A stretch of 64,000 nucleotides of DNA from TPA_inf: Saccharomyces (Eukaryota): NCBI GenBank assembly GCA_000146045.2, contig BK006934.2, forward strand, positions 256,001 through 320,000, read 5' to 3'. Both the position numbers and the translations under genes were made by a program. How positions within the stretch are numbered: position 1 is the stretch's first letter; the number at the start of each line of letters is the position of its first letter. Shown here one piece after another: positions 25,384 to 36,625 of the stretch. Below the pieces are notes generated by a model. The model was not told the DNA's origin and ran no database searches. It saw only the letters and a program-made list of their open reading frames with translations.

Positions 25384-25401
25384 AAAATTTTTAGCGATGA
25401 G
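25384..25401 (+). promoter_or_regulatory. Adjacent RRPE-like (AAAATTTTT) and PAC (GCGATGAG) motifs in the RPF1 promoter
   Basis: AAAATTTTT at 25384-25392 and GCGATGAG at 25394-25401, about 95-110 bp upstream of the RPF1 ATG. Confidence 0.6.
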
Positions 25402-25494
25402 ATGTAAAAAGAAATGCGATGCCATAAGCTATACTTTACGATTGAACACCTAAGGAAGAGGTAAAGCAGGCTTAATATATTGAAATACTAAAAA

Positions 25495-26382
25495 ATGGCT
25501 CTCGGTAATGAGATAAACATCACAAACAAGCTAAAGAGGCAAGAAATTTTTGCTGATATAAAACATGAAAAAAATAAAGAGCGCCATACCATGAGAAGAA
25601 AGAGAGCTAAGGAAGAGAGAGAGAATCCGGAGCTGCGGGAGCAGAGATTAAAAGAGAACGTAACACAGACGATAGAGAACACTAGAGTGTACGATGAGAC
25701 CATTAACAAGGAAGTGGAGGGAGATGAAGACGATTTGATGAGATACTTCAACAGCAATTCTAATGAGCCACCAAAGATCTTTCTGACCACAAATGTAAAC
25801 GCTAAGAAGAGCGCTTATGAATTTGCTAACATTTTAATCGAAATTTTACCAAACGTCACATTTGTGAAAAGAAAATTTGGCTACAAATTGAAGGAAATAT
25901 CTGATATTTGTATAAAAAGGAATTTCACTGACATCGTGATAATCAACGAGGACAAGAAAAAGGTTACTGGCCTAACATTCATACATCTGCCAGAGGGCCC
26001 AACTTTTTATTTTAAATTATCATCATTTGTTGAAGTGAAGAAAATTGTCGGTCATGGTAGACCAACTAGCCATATTCCAGAATTGATTCTAAATAATTTC
26101 CAGACCAGATTGGGTCAAACAGTAGGTAGGTTGTTTCAGTCCATTTTACCTCAGAATCCTGATATTGAAGGTCGACAAGTTATCACCCTACATAATCAAA
26201 GAGATTACATTTTCTTCAGAAGGCATCGGTATGTCTTCAAAGATAATGAAAGGGTTGGTTTGCAAGAACTGGGTCCACAATTTACCCTCAAGTTGAAAAG
26301 ATTGCAAAGGGGTATTAAGGAAGAAACTGAATGGGAGCATAAACCTGAGATGGACAAAGAAAAGAAAAAGTTTTATTTATAG
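25495..26382 (+). CDS. RPF1: RPF1, Brix-domain 60S ribosome-biogenesis factor (295 aa)
   Basis: 295-aa ORF starting at ATG 25495, with a basic N-terminus and a Brix/Imp4-like body. PAC plus RRPE motifs lie about 100 bp upstream. Confidence 0.9.
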   Translation: MALGNEINITNKLKRQEIFADIKHEKNKERHTMRRKRAKEERENPELREQRLKENVTQTIENTRVYDETINKEVEGDEDDLMRYFNSNSNEPPKIFLTTNVNAKKSAYEFANILIEILPNVTFVKRKFGYKLKEISDICIKRNFTDIVIINEDKKKVTGLTFIHLPEGPTFYFKLSSFVEVKKIVGHGRPTSHIPELILNNFQTRLGQTVGRLFQSILPQNPDIEGRQVITLHNQRDYIFFRRHRYVFKDNERVGLQELGPQFTLKLKRLQRGIKEETEWEHKPEMDKEKKKFYL

Positions 26383-26530
26383 TGTTCCATTCGTAAACTT
26401 TGTATGGATATAATATTAAGACAACCGTAAGAACCGTGGTCGTTTGTTTAACTACGGCGGCTTCTGGTATTACTGAATTTCTCTTTTTTTCATTTTAAAT
26501 CAATTTATTACAGGTAAATCAATCAAACAA

Positions 26531-26545
26531 ATATATATATATATA
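26531..26545. repeat. (AT)7 dinucleotide microsatellite, followed by a T14 tract at 26569-26582, in the RPF1-GAR1 3' intergenic region
   Basis: atatatatatatata at 26531-26545, and a T run at 26569-26582. Confidence 0.9.
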
Positions 26546-26680
26546 GTATACAGAACAAACGGTAATTTCTTTTTTTTTTTTTCGACGTTAGACGTGCTTC
26601 GGCAGATATAGTAAGTTGGAAGAAATGAAGAATTGTGAAAGATAAAGGATGGTTTTTTTTTTTATTTTTTTCTAGCTAGA

Positions 26681-27298
26681 TTATCTTCTACCTCCTCTGA
26701 AACCACCACGAGATCCGCCACGAGATCCTCCTCTAAATGATCCGCCACGAGATCCACCTCTGAAAGAACTGCCACCACGGCCTCCTCTGAAAGAACTACC
26801 ACCACGGCCTCCTCTGAAACCTCCTCTGCTACCACCGCGACCCATTGAAGCACCACCACGGCCACCTGGGGCACCACTTCTCTTCTTCTTGTTTTTTGGT
26901 TTTGGTGGGCCTACCACCTTAGGCTTAGGTAAAAATCTTTCAATAGGCAATAGTTTGTCAGCGGCAATGTAGAATTTATCACCTTCTTTAAAACTGGTTG
27001 CTTGGACACCGTCACCACACTTGATAGTGAAAAATACTTCGTTTAATGGACCCAATATTTCGTCAACTTTACCGACTTGAGTCTTGTTTTCCAAATATAT
27101 TGGCGCATTGAAATATGGAATCTTAGTGTTGATAGAACGGCAAACAATATCACCCTCACATGGATGTAGAAAAGCTCCCATTTCTAGAACAGTGTCTGGT
27201 GGTCCTTGTTGAAATGATCTAGCACTGCCTGTACGTCCACCACGAAAGCCGCCACGGAAGCCGCCACGGCCACCTCTATTACCTCCTCTGAAACTCAT
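26681..27298 (-). CDS. GAR1: GAR1, H/ACA snoRNP core protein with N- and C-terminal GAR domains (205 aa)
   Basis: 205-aa ORF with Gly/Arg-rich (GGFRGGRGG) repeats at both ends and a central H/ACA core domain. Start ATG confirmed at 27298. Confidence 0.96.
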   Translation of the reverse strand: MSFRGGNRGGRGGFRGGFRGGRTGSARSFQQGPPDTVLEMGAFLHPCEGDIVCRSINTKIPYFNAPIYLENKTQVGKVDEILGPLNEVFFTIKCGDGVQATSFKEGDKFYIAADKLLPIERFLPKPKVVGPPKPKNKKKRSGAPGGRGGASMGRGGSRGGFRGGRGGSSFRGGRGGSSFRGGSRGGSFRGGSRGGSRGGFRGGRR

Positions 27299-27418
27299 TA
27301 TTTTCTTTTGGTTAAAAATTATCCTCAGGTGATCTTTTGGTAGAAGAGAGCAATCAGATACTCTATCGAAAAGGTGCTCACGTTATAAGGCTAACAAATT
27401 AATTTTTTCTTCCTTTCC

Positions 27419-27435
27419 TCATCTCGAAAAATTTT
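27419..27435 (-). promoter_or_regulatory. Exact RRPE (AAAAATTTT, 27427-27435) next to a PAC-like motif (CTCATCTC, one mismatch) upstream of GAR1
   Basis: About 120-140 bp upstream of the GAR1 ATG (27298, minus strand). Confidence 0.5.
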
Positions 27436-27776
27436 TCACTACAAAAAATTCCGACGTCAAAGTTTGAAAAAAAGACCATCTGATCACGTGACACCTTTTT
27501 CCTGCTCATAAGTTTTAAAAACCGTATGACACATATGCTAATGAAATTAAAATATATAGTATATACCTGAATATGCAGGAATCATATCTTAGTTTGATTC
27601 ACAAGTATTTGAAAGTACATTCAAAAATGTCAATCGTATATGTCCTTGCTAGCTGATGTCTCGAAATTACTTCTCCTTTTCGAAAAGCACATTGTCAGAA
27701 TAGCAATCACCGTTTCTGGCTTATGGAATATTATTAGTGTAAATGAGGTCATTCAGTCTCAAAAAGGTATTTTTGT

Positions 27777-28625
27777 TCAGTTACGTTTTCTTTTCAGTTT
27801 GTTTTTTTCCATCTCAATTTTACATTCGGGACAGTACCATGTTCCTTTCGGAGGTTCTTTTAAATTTACACAATCATAATGAAACCATTCATATTTACAG
27901 TTGGGTCCATCACATGCAACCATTTCTCCAAACGAAACTCTTTGACAGAAGCAGTATAAAGTTTTGTCCTCTTCCTCGTTTTCAGGGGAACCGTTTTGGC
28001 CTTTACCATTTCTACTGTTTTTGAATTCTTTTGTTCTTGCAATCTTCTTTTCAATGCTTGGGCTCACTGGAGTAACAGACTTTTCTCTTGAAGAAACGTC
28101 AATTTCATTTTGCAGTTTAGATGTTCGACTAGTTTTTTTCTTTTTCAAAGTGGGTGGAACGGATCCTGAGCTTGATGCAGCTCTTCTCTTTTTCACGCTA
28201 CTGTTACTCACAACTGAACTTTCTCTAGAGGCTTCAGCAGCGCTATCCATGTCTCCATCTTCTTCCACGGGGGCTAGAACACCATCTTCCTCCAATAAAG
28301 CGATGTTTTTTTCCAACTTATTCAAGTGTCTAGCAATTAGAAACAAGGCAGTGTTCGCCAGAACGCATTTTTCTCTTTGCAAAGACTGACATTTCAAAAG
28401 TGATTCTTTTATTTCTTTGTCAAGCCCATCTTCCTGTGGATGTTTCGGTATTGAGCCTTGCTGTCTTATAAATTTGTGTATTTGTGATTCTTTTTGCTCG
28501 TATTTCTTTTTTTCTTCGATGAGCTTCAAATCATTTGAACCGATCTCCTCTAAGAGGTAACGAAATTCTGATGGGAGGTTGGACACATCTTGTATCGTTT
28601 GCTCTAAAACTAAACTTGGATCCAT
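27777..28625 (-). CDS. YNG2: YNG2, NuA4 histone acetyltransferase subunit of the ING family with a PHD finger (282 aa)
   Basis: 282-aa ORF with a C-terminal C4HC3 PHD finger (YCFCQRVSFGEMVACDGPNCKYEWFHYDCVNL...WYCPEC). Confidence 0.92.
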   Translation of the reverse strand: MDPSLVLEQTIQDVSNLPSEFRYLLEEIGSNDLKLIEEKKKYEQKESQIHKFIRQQGSIPKHPQEDGLDKEIKESLLKCQSLQREKCVLANTALFLIARHLNKLEKNIALLEEDGVLAPVEEDGDMDSAAEASRESSVVSNSSVKKRRAASSSGSVPPTLKKKKTSRTSKLQNEIDVSSREKSVTPVSPSIEKKIARTKEFKNSRNGKGQNGSPENEEEDKTLYCFCQRVSFGEMVACDGPNCKYEWFHYDCVNLKEPPKGTWYCPECKIEMEKNKLKRKRN

Positions 28626-28838
28626 CTTCTATTGGTTATGTTGTCCAATATAAACTTGCATATCCTTCTTCTTTGTTTCTATTTCAACTAACGGTAGGTG
28701 GGTTATTCAAGAATCAATTAAAGGAAAATCGGAAAATATCACGTTGTACGTAACAATAAACTTTCTTCTATTTACATGTTTATAAATTGGTTAAACTTAA
28801 TCTAAATTAATCTAGCATTTGCTAGCTTATTCATATAA

Positions 28839-30770
28839 TTACATTCTATCAACCGGGACTAGTCCCAAAAGCGACATTGCATTGTGTAACACTTGTCTAC
28901 TTGCTGAATATACGGCGAGTCGCGGTATGGCAATATCTGCAGGTTTTCCGGAAACCCATATTTTTTTATAGCACGAGGAGACCTGATGGCAAACTTTGAA
29001 TAAATATGTTACAATCGTGGCCGGCTCTTGAGTTTCGAATGCTCGTCTAAGGACATCTGGATACTGCGCTAGCAACCTCACAAGCTCAACTAGTTGTGGT
29101 TCATTTAAATTTGAAAAATCTGCGTGTATTAGCATGTCCGTCGTAAAGTCGCTGGAGGTCCTTTCTAAAGATCTAAGTCTGGAATGTGTGTATTGTAAAT
29201 AGGGCCCTGTGTCACCTTCGAAAGACAACATTCTGTTCCAGTTGAATTCATAGTTATTGATACGCTTTGATTTCATATCTTGAATAATGATAGCAGATAC
29301 GCCAATTAAATCTGCAACACGCTGTGGATTATCTACCTGAGATATTTTCATTTTGTTATTTTCCATAATTTGCAGAGCTTTATCCCTTGCCTCGTCTAGT
29401 ATGGTATCTAAGAATACCACATTTCCTTTTCTGGTCGACATGCCCTGCACCATACCAAAATTTATATGCTGCAAGTCTTTTGCCCATTCAAAATTCATTT
29501 TTTTTAATATCATAAAAAACTGGGACATGTATAAATCTTGCTGTGAGGAAATCACGTACACCATTTTATCAAAATGTAGATTCTTTTTACGCTCTATGGC
29601 TGCCCCTACATCTCTTGTCAAGTACAAAGTTGTTCCGTCTGATTTTTGTACAACAACTCTGCCCAATCTTTTCGACCATTGGGTTAAATCGATGACAAGG
29701 GCACCGTCTATTTCTTTAACAAGATTGTTTTTGCGAAATATATCTAAGGCTTCATTCATAGATTCTTTAGACACTTGTGATTCACCGGAGAATATATCAA
29801 AATTAATGTTCAAACGTGAATAAGTTTGGATATAGTGGTGGATGGATAACGAGCGAAACCTATTCCATATCTTAATGGCATTCTCATCCCCATTTTCTAA
29901 GTTTTTGAAAAAACTACGGGCCTCACCGCTAATCCCACACTTAGAGTTTCCGTTTATCTCTTCCTTGGCAAGGTCCATGTTGATTTTAACGTAGACGTCG
30001 AATAAATGCTGAATTGGCTGCTTTTGTAACGTCTTTTCATCGCCGTATCTCTTAAAACCGACTGCTAACAAACCAAACTGTCTGCCCCAGTCTCCTAGGT
30101 AGTTCATACGTGTAACGGACCACCCCATTGCTTCATATAAGTTTGAAAGGAATCCACCTATTATAGTCGATCTTAAATGGCCTGCATGGAATGGTTTGGC
30201 AATATTTGGTGATGAAAATTCTACTACAACTTTTTTCTGATGACGAGATTTTTTCTGACCATATTTCCCCTTTTGAAGTAATATATTTGGTACCGTTGAT
30301 TGTATCAAATACCGCTGGTCCAGGAAGAACTGAAGAAATGGCCCTTTTGCACAAACCTTTCCAATACACCCATGCGTGCTTAGTTCAATGGCCCATCGGT
30401 TGGCAACGGCCACAGGGTCAGCCACTTTTATCTTTGGAAGAGGTAGCAGTAGATCACCTCTATCCATACTATTTGTCGACTCAAGCGCATTTAGTATTAG
30501 CGAGTGGTCTATTCCGGATATATCATGCAGTGCTTTTGAGATGTCTAGGCGTAGTACATCCAAAGGATAAATTGGGCCTTCGGGTTGGTCAGTATATTTT
30601 GTATTCAAGGTTTTTGAGCTGTATCTTTTCCGTCCAATATTAATTTCTAATTTACGAAATTGGTTGCTGAACTGGGTGTCGAACGAGGGCATGAAGCCAT
30701 AACGAGGGTAAGAAGAAAAGGGGTTCTTGCAGAGTAAACTGCGATTCTTCAGATAAACTATCCCGAACAT
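28839..30770 (-). CDS. MSR1: MSR1, mitochondrial arginyl-tRNA synthetase (643 aa)
   Basis: 643-aa class-I aminoacyl-tRNA synthetase with a HIGH-like motif (PNIAKPFHAGHLRS) and a C-terminal DALR anticodon-binding region. Presumed N-terminal mitochondrial presequence. Confidence 0.92.
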   Translation of the reverse strand: MFGIVYLKNRSLLCKNPFSSYPRYGFMPSFDTQFSNQFRKLEINIGRKRYSSKTLNTKYTDQPEGPIYPLDVLRLDISKALHDISGIDHSLILNALESTNSMDRGDLLLPLPKIKVADPVAVANRWAIELSTHGCIGKVCAKGPFLQFFLDQRYLIQSTVPNILLQKGKYGQKKSRHQKKVVVEFSSPNIAKPFHAGHLRSTIIGGFLSNLYEAMGWSVTRMNYLGDWGRQFGLLAVGFKRYGDEKTLQKQPIQHLFDVYVKINMDLAKEEINGNSKCGISGEARSFFKNLENGDENAIKIWNRFRSLSIHHYIQTYSRLNINFDIFSGESQVSKESMNEALDIFRKNNLVKEIDGALVIDLTQWSKRLGRVVVQKSDGTTLYLTRDVGAAIERKKNLHFDKMVYVISSQQDLYMSQFFMILKKMNFEWAKDLQHINFGMVQGMSTRKGNVVFLDTILDEARDKALQIMENNKMKISQVDNPQRVADLIGVSAIIIQDMKSKRINNYEFNWNRMLSFEGDTGPYLQYTHSRLRSLERTSSDFTTDMLIHADFSNLNEPQLVELVRLLAQYPDVLRRAFETQEPATIVTYLFKVCHQVSSCYKKIWVSGKPADIAIPRLAVYSASRQVLHNAMSLLGLVPVDRM

Positions 30771-31080
30771 ATTGACCCACTTTCAGGTAGGTCATTCAAA
30801 GCTTTTTGATTGACGGTAGATCAAAGTTGTGTTCTACGTATTTACGTCTTTTTTGTCGTATTTATTGATGACCTTTTGCCATCGTTAAGTGGAGAATTCG
30901 GCCTATTCCTAACCTCTTCCAGAACTATGAAACAAAAAACATAATTCAAAATTGTAGTTTGATAAAGTATTATCTATAAACTATTAAATCATAAATATAT
31001 ATTTCATAAAGCGTTAAAAATTGAAGATCAAATATTATTTTTATTCCTTGAAGGAAGTCTATATTATTTAATTAACTGAC

Positions 31081-32811
31081 CTACTTTTTTCCGAACATCT
31101 TCTTGTAAAATGGTTGATCATCATGCATTAGATCATCAGCGTTGTAGTCAGTACCTCTCTTGTTTGGTGGAACCCAAGAAGGTGATTTCCATGGCAAAAC
31201 ACCTTCTTCCCATAAGGTGTTAACTTCTTCTAAAGTCAAACCTTTAGTTTCTGGAACGAAGAAGAAGACGTAGAAGTAAGAAAAGACCAAACAGCCCATG
31301 AAAACATAACCGTAGTAGAAATCAATAGCACCTGAAATAAATGGAGTAAAGAAACCAATCAAGAAACCCCAGATCCAGTTACAAGCTTGAGCAATAGCCA
31401 TACACTTGGACTTAACTCTCAATGGGAAAGTTTCAGAGTTAACAACAAATGGAATTGGAGCCCAGGTAGTGGCAAAACAGAATAAGTAGAAACATGTGAA
31501 GACAATCATACAGTTACCAGCACCCTTAGAAGACCCGTTCTTCTTACCATTTGGCCACAATCTTGTAACACCAACAGAAGCGAAAACAACCATACAAGCT
31601 GTCATGGAAGCAGCACCCCATAATAAACATCTACGACGACCATATCTTTCGACTAAGAAAATACCAACAAAGGTGGAAGCAAAGTTGACAATACCCAAGA
31701 CAATAGAAGTTTCAAAAGAATCTTCCAAACCGACAGCAGTGAAAACGGTAGTACCGTAATAGAAGAAATAGTTATCACCTGTCAATTGTTGCAATGATTG
31801 AATCATAGCACCCATGATCAAACGTTGGAAAACCTTAGTCTTAGTGCTAAATATTTCACCCCAGGAGGCATTACCAGCTAATTTTTCAGCTTCAACTGTA
31901 GCTTGAACAACTTCGACTTCAGCCATAACAGCTGGATCGTCTGCGCTGACCTTATTTGAAAGAGCAATAGAACGCTTAGCTTCTTCAATTTTACCGACTT
32001 CAACTAAATAACGTGGAGATTCTGGAACGAATGTCATACCACCAATCATAAACAAAGCCCAAGCGAAACCTAGACCTAATGGAACTCTCCATTGGACAGA
32101 ATTGGTGTAGGTCTTGGTACCGTAGTTTGTACAGTAACCCAAGAAAATACCCAAAGTAATCATAAGTTGGTAACATGAAACCAAAGTACCTCTAATATGC
32201 TTTGGAGAGACTTCAGAAATCAACATAGGAGATAAAACGGCAATACCACCGACACCTAAACCAGAGATAATTCTACCAATGAAATATTGGTACCACTTGT
32301 TGATTGAGGCAATTTGGATAATGATACCGATAATGTAGATGACAACAACGACAATCAAACCCATTTTACGACCATACATATCACCTAATTTTGCTAAAAT
32401 AATACCACCAATGGCACAACCAATGTTGAAAATGGAGACAATTAAACCAGTTCTAACCTTAGACAAATAATAAGTACCATCGTGGTGCTTCATACCAAAT
32501 CTTCTGATAAAATCAGTTTGAGCAACAAAACCAGAAATGGTACCAGTATCCCAACCGAAAACAAAACCACCGAAAGCAACCATTAAACAACAGATGGAAA
32601 CTGTAACGTAGGCGGAGGCGGGCTTCTTTGGAATTTCAACGTAGTTATTAGATTCTTCGTGATTCTCGTCGAAATCTTTCATGTCATCTCTTTCAGCTTT
32701 GTTGGATGGAGTAGACAAAGCGGAATTAGAATCGGATTCAACTGGCGACAAAGCATCAGCTGGAGTATTTTGGACTGCTGTATCCTCTTGATAGGCAGCT
32801 TCTTCAGACAT
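31081..32811 (-). CDS. HXT4: HXT4, MFS hexose transporter (576 aa)
   Basis: 576-aa sugar-porter MFS protein (GRR/K motifs, PESPRYL, PETKG). Start ATG confirmed at 32811. Confidence 0.92.
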   Translation of the reverse strand: MSEEAAYQEDTAVQNTPADALSPVESDSNSALSTPSNKAERDDMKDFDENHEESNNYVEIPKKPASAYVTVSICCLMVAFGGFVFGWDTGTISGFVAQTDFIRRFGMKHHDGTYYLSKVRTGLIVSIFNIGCAIGGIILAKLGDMYGRKMGLIVVVVIYIIGIIIQIASINKWYQYFIGRIISGLGVGGIAVLSPMLISEVSPKHIRGTLVSCYQLMITLGIFLGYCTNYGTKTYTNSVQWRVPLGLGFAWALFMIGGMTFVPESPRYLVEVGKIEEAKRSIALSNKVSADDPAVMAEVEVVQATVEAEKLAGNASWGEIFSTKTKVFQRLIMGAMIQSLQQLTGDNYFFYYGTTVFTAVGLEDSFETSIVLGIVNFASTFVGIFLVERYGRRRCLLWGAASMTACMVVFASVGVTRLWPNGKKNGSSKGAGNCMIVFTCFYLFCFATTWAPIPFVVNSETFPLRVKSKCMAIAQACNWIWGFLIGFFTPFISGAIDFYYGYVFMGCLVFSYFYVFFFVPETKGLTLEEVNTLWEEGVLPWKSPSWVPPNKRGTDYNADDLMHDDQPFYKKMFGKK

Positions 32812-33141
32812 TTTTGGCAGATTTTATTGTAAAAGTGTTTCAAAACCAAACCTTGATAAGAGGCTTTGAATATATCTTTTCTTTATGGTTTCTATTACTC
32901 ATGAAGAGGAATTGAAGTGAATGAATCGAGAATAATGAATAAAACACTGAGTATTTATATAAAATTTTTTCTAGATGACATATTATTCATTCCCCAGTGT
33001 TGAAGCTTTTCACCACTAATTGACTTGAAGATTATTTTAGTTGCTTTTCTTACCACCCCACCTTCATAAACTTAAAAATATTATATTAGAATTTGAGTTT
33101 TCCTCCGTTGTTTCTTAATCAGAATCGTTAGACGCCGAATA

Positions 33142-33690
33142 ATGGACTGTAAAATCAAAGCAGCTGGAAAAAACTCTGGAATTTTTCATGAAGGTGGCAC
33201 TAAATCGTCGAAGAGCTTCTTGACCGTTTTTATCCGAAGTGTTTTTCCTCTTTCCCCAAGTTTTCCTGCAGGCGGGGGAATATGGGGCCCCATGGAAAAA
33301 AAACCGGGGGGGGTGGGAAAAAAAAAGGGGTCAGAAAAAAAAACTGCTCAGGGAAATATCTTCTTCTCCACAGAAAGAGACGCAGGCCAGGAAAAATGTG
33401 GAATATTATATAAACATTGTTTTTCCATTTTGTACGGATTTTTTTGGAAGAAAGCGGATAAACCGAAAGAAAAAACGGGAAATGGTTCCGGTTTGGGCAT
33501 TGTTTTTCCTATTGGGCAAAAAAAAATCCCGGAACCAGCTGACTCGGATATTTTTCTTCCTTGTTTCCGCTATGCTGCTGCAAGTGACTTTACGAAGGCC
33601 AAGCGTTTCTTGGTGGAAATTACTGCAGTGTACTGGGTTTCGTTGGAGGCCCAGCCTTCATCTGCGTCTTGTTTATTCATTCTCATCTGA
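33142..33690 (+). CDS. AHT1: AHT1 (YHR093W), a dubious 182-codon ORF inside the HXT4 promoter; probably not protein-coding
   Basis: ATG at 33142 with an 182-codon frame running through homopolymer G/A tracts and Rgt1/Mig1-like promoter motifs. The composition is atypical for yeast coding DNA. Known only as an HXT4-upstream multicopy suppressor. Confidence 0.3.
   Translation: MDCKIKAAGKNSGIFHEGGTKSSKSFLTVFIRSVFPLSPSFPAGGGIWGPMEKKPGGVGKKKGSEKKTAQGNIFFSTERDAGQEKCGILYKHCFSILYGFFWKKADKPKEKTGNGSGLGIVFPIGQKKIPEPADSDIFLPCFRYAAASDFTKAKRFLVEITAVYWVSLEAQPSSASCLFILI
33230..33461. promoter_or_regulatory. HXT4 promoter element cluster: Rgt1-type CGGANNA sites, Mig1-type GC boxes and a G8-T-G3-A9-G4 tract
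   Basis: CGGATAA on the minus strand at 33230-33236 and on the plus strand at 33455-33461. GCGGGG at 33272-33277. CCGGGG at 33304-33309, preceded by A9. G8 at 33306-33313, GGG at 33315-33317, A9 at 33318-33326 and GGGG at 33327-33330. TATATAAA at 32956-32963 lies about 145 bp upstream of the HXT4 ATG. Confidence 0.55.
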
Positions 33691-34912
33691 TTATTATATC
33701 TTGATCGGTGCAAAAAAATTTTGAGGTACTTAAAATTTATTTTGCATAGAGATATTCGCATAAATGGAAAACCTAAGCTTTTCAGGTACGACTATTTGGC
33801 AACATCGTTGAACCTGGCTTTTCGGTCCTAACTTTGCACCATCTAGGATGAGACTATCTTGACTGTTTTACTTTTACGCATCGCTAGAAAATACGTGCGC
33901 GTTGCCAAATCAAAATTCCCGCAAATTGATGCGGTAGCGTAGTTCTGTTCCAAAATGAAAGTGAAACAACATAATGTTCCTTCTAGTTTTCGTGTCTGAA
34001 AGCTAAACCTCAAAGTTGAAACTAAAGCATGATTCCCCACCTCCTTCCTATTAGTCTTTTTTCCCGTAAAAGTTGGAAAATATCTGGGGTACTTGCGTCA
34101 GCTGTTCAGATCTTCTCTTACCGCTGTCGTGTCTTGTCTACAATGTCAGGTTGGCAGCCTAAGTTTTGGATTTAATAACCCTAGGGCTTTTCATTCTTTT
34201 ATCAATCAGAACATTTACATGAAGAGGGCTGGAATAAAAAAAAAATATTCGGTTCTCCTCCATGCATAATGACGTAGTATTCTTATTGGCGCCAAACATA
34301 GTGTCATAATGCTTTTTCAACGATTTTAAAGTAACTCTTAGTGGATTGGAAAGGTCGCCTTTTCGATGGTAGCGTGCATTTTCTCGTCATTTTTTTTTTA
34401 CTTGTCGTCTTTTCTTTACTGCTTCACCTCTTATCAAGCAAGTGTTTTTCGTGTCTCCCTGTGCCAGTCAGAAAATACATATGATTGGCAACTGTATATC
34501 CATTGAGATCGACTCGGTTATCTGTTAATGGAAATTATTGCTAGTAATTATAAATACCTAAAAACAACATCCTAACAGGCTTAAGTAACACTACTAGATG
34601 TTGAAGCAGCAGCGTTGTCAATTTCTATTCATTTGACATTTTTCCGAAATCATAAGCGGGCGTTTGAACTATGTATAGCGCCTATGTGGTATTAACCCAT
34701 ACTATATCATATAAAATTTTTCCTCGGAAGAGTGCCAGAATGAAATTTCTTGTTCCTTGGTGAAGGTCAAGAACTAGCAAAGAAAAGAACATCTGTTTAT
34801 GAATTTGACAAGAATTTTGTTTTAACACCAATATAATATCACCTTTATAAAATTTACTGAGAAATTAAATACTGTATAAGTCATTAAAATATGCATATTG
34901 AGCTTGTTTAGT

Positions 34913-36625
34913 TTATTTCCTGCTAAACAAACTCTTGTAAAATGGTTGGTCATCATGCATTAGGTCATCAGCGTTGTAGTCAGCGCCTCTCTTGGATACT
35001 GGAACCCAGGAAGCTGATTTCCATGGTAGAACACCTTCGGCGTACATATCATTAACTTCTTCTAATGATAAACCTTTAGTTTCTGGAACGAAGAAAAAGA
35101 CGTAAAAGTAAGCGAAAACCATACAGCCCATGAAAACGTAACCGTAGTAGAAGTTGATGGCACCAGTAATAAATGGGGTGAAGAAACTAATCAAGAAACC
35201 CCAGATCCAGTTAGCAGCACTGGCAATAGACATACACTTGGATTTGACTCTTAATGGGAAACATTCTGAAATAACAACGTAAGCAATTGGGGCCCAGGTA
35301 GTAGCGAAACAGAAAATGTAGAAACATGCGAAAACAATCATACAGTTACCAGCACCCTTTGAAGATGGTTGATCTTGACCGTTTGGCCATAATCTGGTAA
35401 CACCAACAGAGGCATAGACAACATAACAGCAGACCATACCGACAGCACCCCACATCAAACAGTTACGACGGCCAAAACGGTCAACGGTGTACAGAGAACA
35501 ACAAGTGGAGAAGAAGTTGACGACACCAAAGACAATAGAAGTTTCAAAAGAGTCACTTAAACCGACAGCCTGGAAAACAATGGTACCGTAGTAGAAGAAA
35601 TAGTTATCACCAGTTAATTGTTGTAGAGATTGAATCATGATACCCATCATAGTACGTTGAAACATGGCTGGTTTACCAGTGAATAATTCGCCCCAAGATG
35701 CAGTACCAGCGGCTCTCATTTCTTCGACACTGGCTTCGATAGTTTCCAACTCATATTGAATGTATGGATGGTCAGGTGGGCATTTGTTAACTTTAGCTAA
35801 AGAAGCCCTGGCTTCGTCGATTCTGCCAGCTTCAACCAAATAACGTGGAGATTCAGGAACAAACATCATACCACCAATCATAAATAAGGCCCAGGCGAAA
35901 CACAAACCTAATGGAACTCTCCATTGGACAGAGTTTGAGTAATTCTTGGTACCAAAATTGGTACAGTAACCTAAGAAAATACCTAAAGTAATCATGACTT
36001 GGTAACATGAAACCAAGGTGCCTCTCATTTCACTGGGGGCGACCTCAGATATTAGCATGGGAGATAAAACTGTGATACCACCGACACCTAAACCAGAGAT
36101 AATTCTACCAATGAAATATTGGTACCACTTGTTGATCGAGGCTATTTGAATAATGATACCGATAGTGTAGATTACTACAACGACAATCAAACCGATTCTA
36201 CGACCATACATATCACCTAGCTTGGCTAAGACGATACCACCAATGGCACAACCAATGTTAAAAATAGAGACAATTAAACCAGTTCTCACCTTGGACAAGT
36301 AATGACTACCGTCGTGGTGCTTCATACCAAATCTTCTTAGAAAATCAGTTTGAGCAACAAAACCAGAAATGGTACCAGTATCCCATCCAAATATGAAACC
36401 ACCGAAAGCAACCATAACACAACAGATAGAAACCGTTACGTAGACACCTTTTCCGGTGTTTGGAGGGGCAACGGCGGGTTGCACTTGACTTTCACTTAAG
36501 TTGTCGTGAAAACTTTCATTTTTACCTTCTGGAGTATTCATGGCCTTTGAACGACCAGATTCCAATTCATATGAGTTGGATGAATTGGATTTCTGAGGAG
36601 ATATTAGATCGGGAGTTGAATTCAT
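34913..36625 (-). CDS. HXT1: HXT1, low-affinity MFS hexose transporter (570 aa)
   Basis: 570-aa sugar-porter MFS protein. Start ATG confirmed at 36625. Confidence 0.93.
   Translation of the reverse strand: MNSTPDLISPQKSNSSNSYELESGRSKAMNTPEGKNESFHDNLSESQVQPAVAPPNTGKGVYVTVSICCVMVAFGGFIFGWDTGTISGFVAQTDFLRRFGMKHHDGSHYLSKVRTGLIVSIFNIGCAIGGIVLAKLGDMYGRRIGLIVVVVIYTIGIIIQIASINKWYQYFIGRIISGLGVGGITVLSPMLISEVAPSEMRGTLVSCYQVMITLGIFLGYCTNFGTKNYSNSVQWRVPLGLCFAWALFMIGGMMFVPESPRYLVEAGRIDEARASLAKVNKCPPDHPYIQYELETIEASVEEMRAAGTASWGELFTGKPAMFQRTMMGIMIQSLQQLTGDNYFFYYGTIVFQAVGLSDSFETSIVFGVVNFFSTCCSLYTVDRFGRRNCLMWGAVGMVCCYVVYASVGVTRLWPNGQDQPSSKGAGNCMIVFACFYIFCFATTWAPIAYVVISECFPLRVKSKCMSIASAANWIWGFLISFFTPFITGAINFYYGYVFMGCMVFAYFYVFFFVPETKGLSLEEVNDMYAEGVLPWKSASWVPVSKRGADYNADDLMHDDQPFYKSLFSRK

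Noticed and set aside
26662-26877. 71-aa minus ORF overlapping the GAR1 C-terminal GAR repeats in another frame
   Set aside because: An artefact of the repetitive GGN/CCN coding DNA. It encodes an implausible AVV/EE repeat.
27964-28389. 141-aa + strand ORF antisense within YNG2 (and 93-aa and 62-aa ORFs nearby)
   Set aside because: Antisense or alternate frames inside a well-supported PHD-finger gene.
29353-30643. 156-aa and 150-aa + strand ORFs antisense within MSR1
   Set aside because: They are inside the MSR1 coding region on the opposite strand. Chance antisense frames.
33239-33724. 161-aa alternate-frame ORF overlapping AHT1
   Set aside because: It has the same G/A homopolymer-driven composition as AHT1. 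A promoter-sequence artefact.
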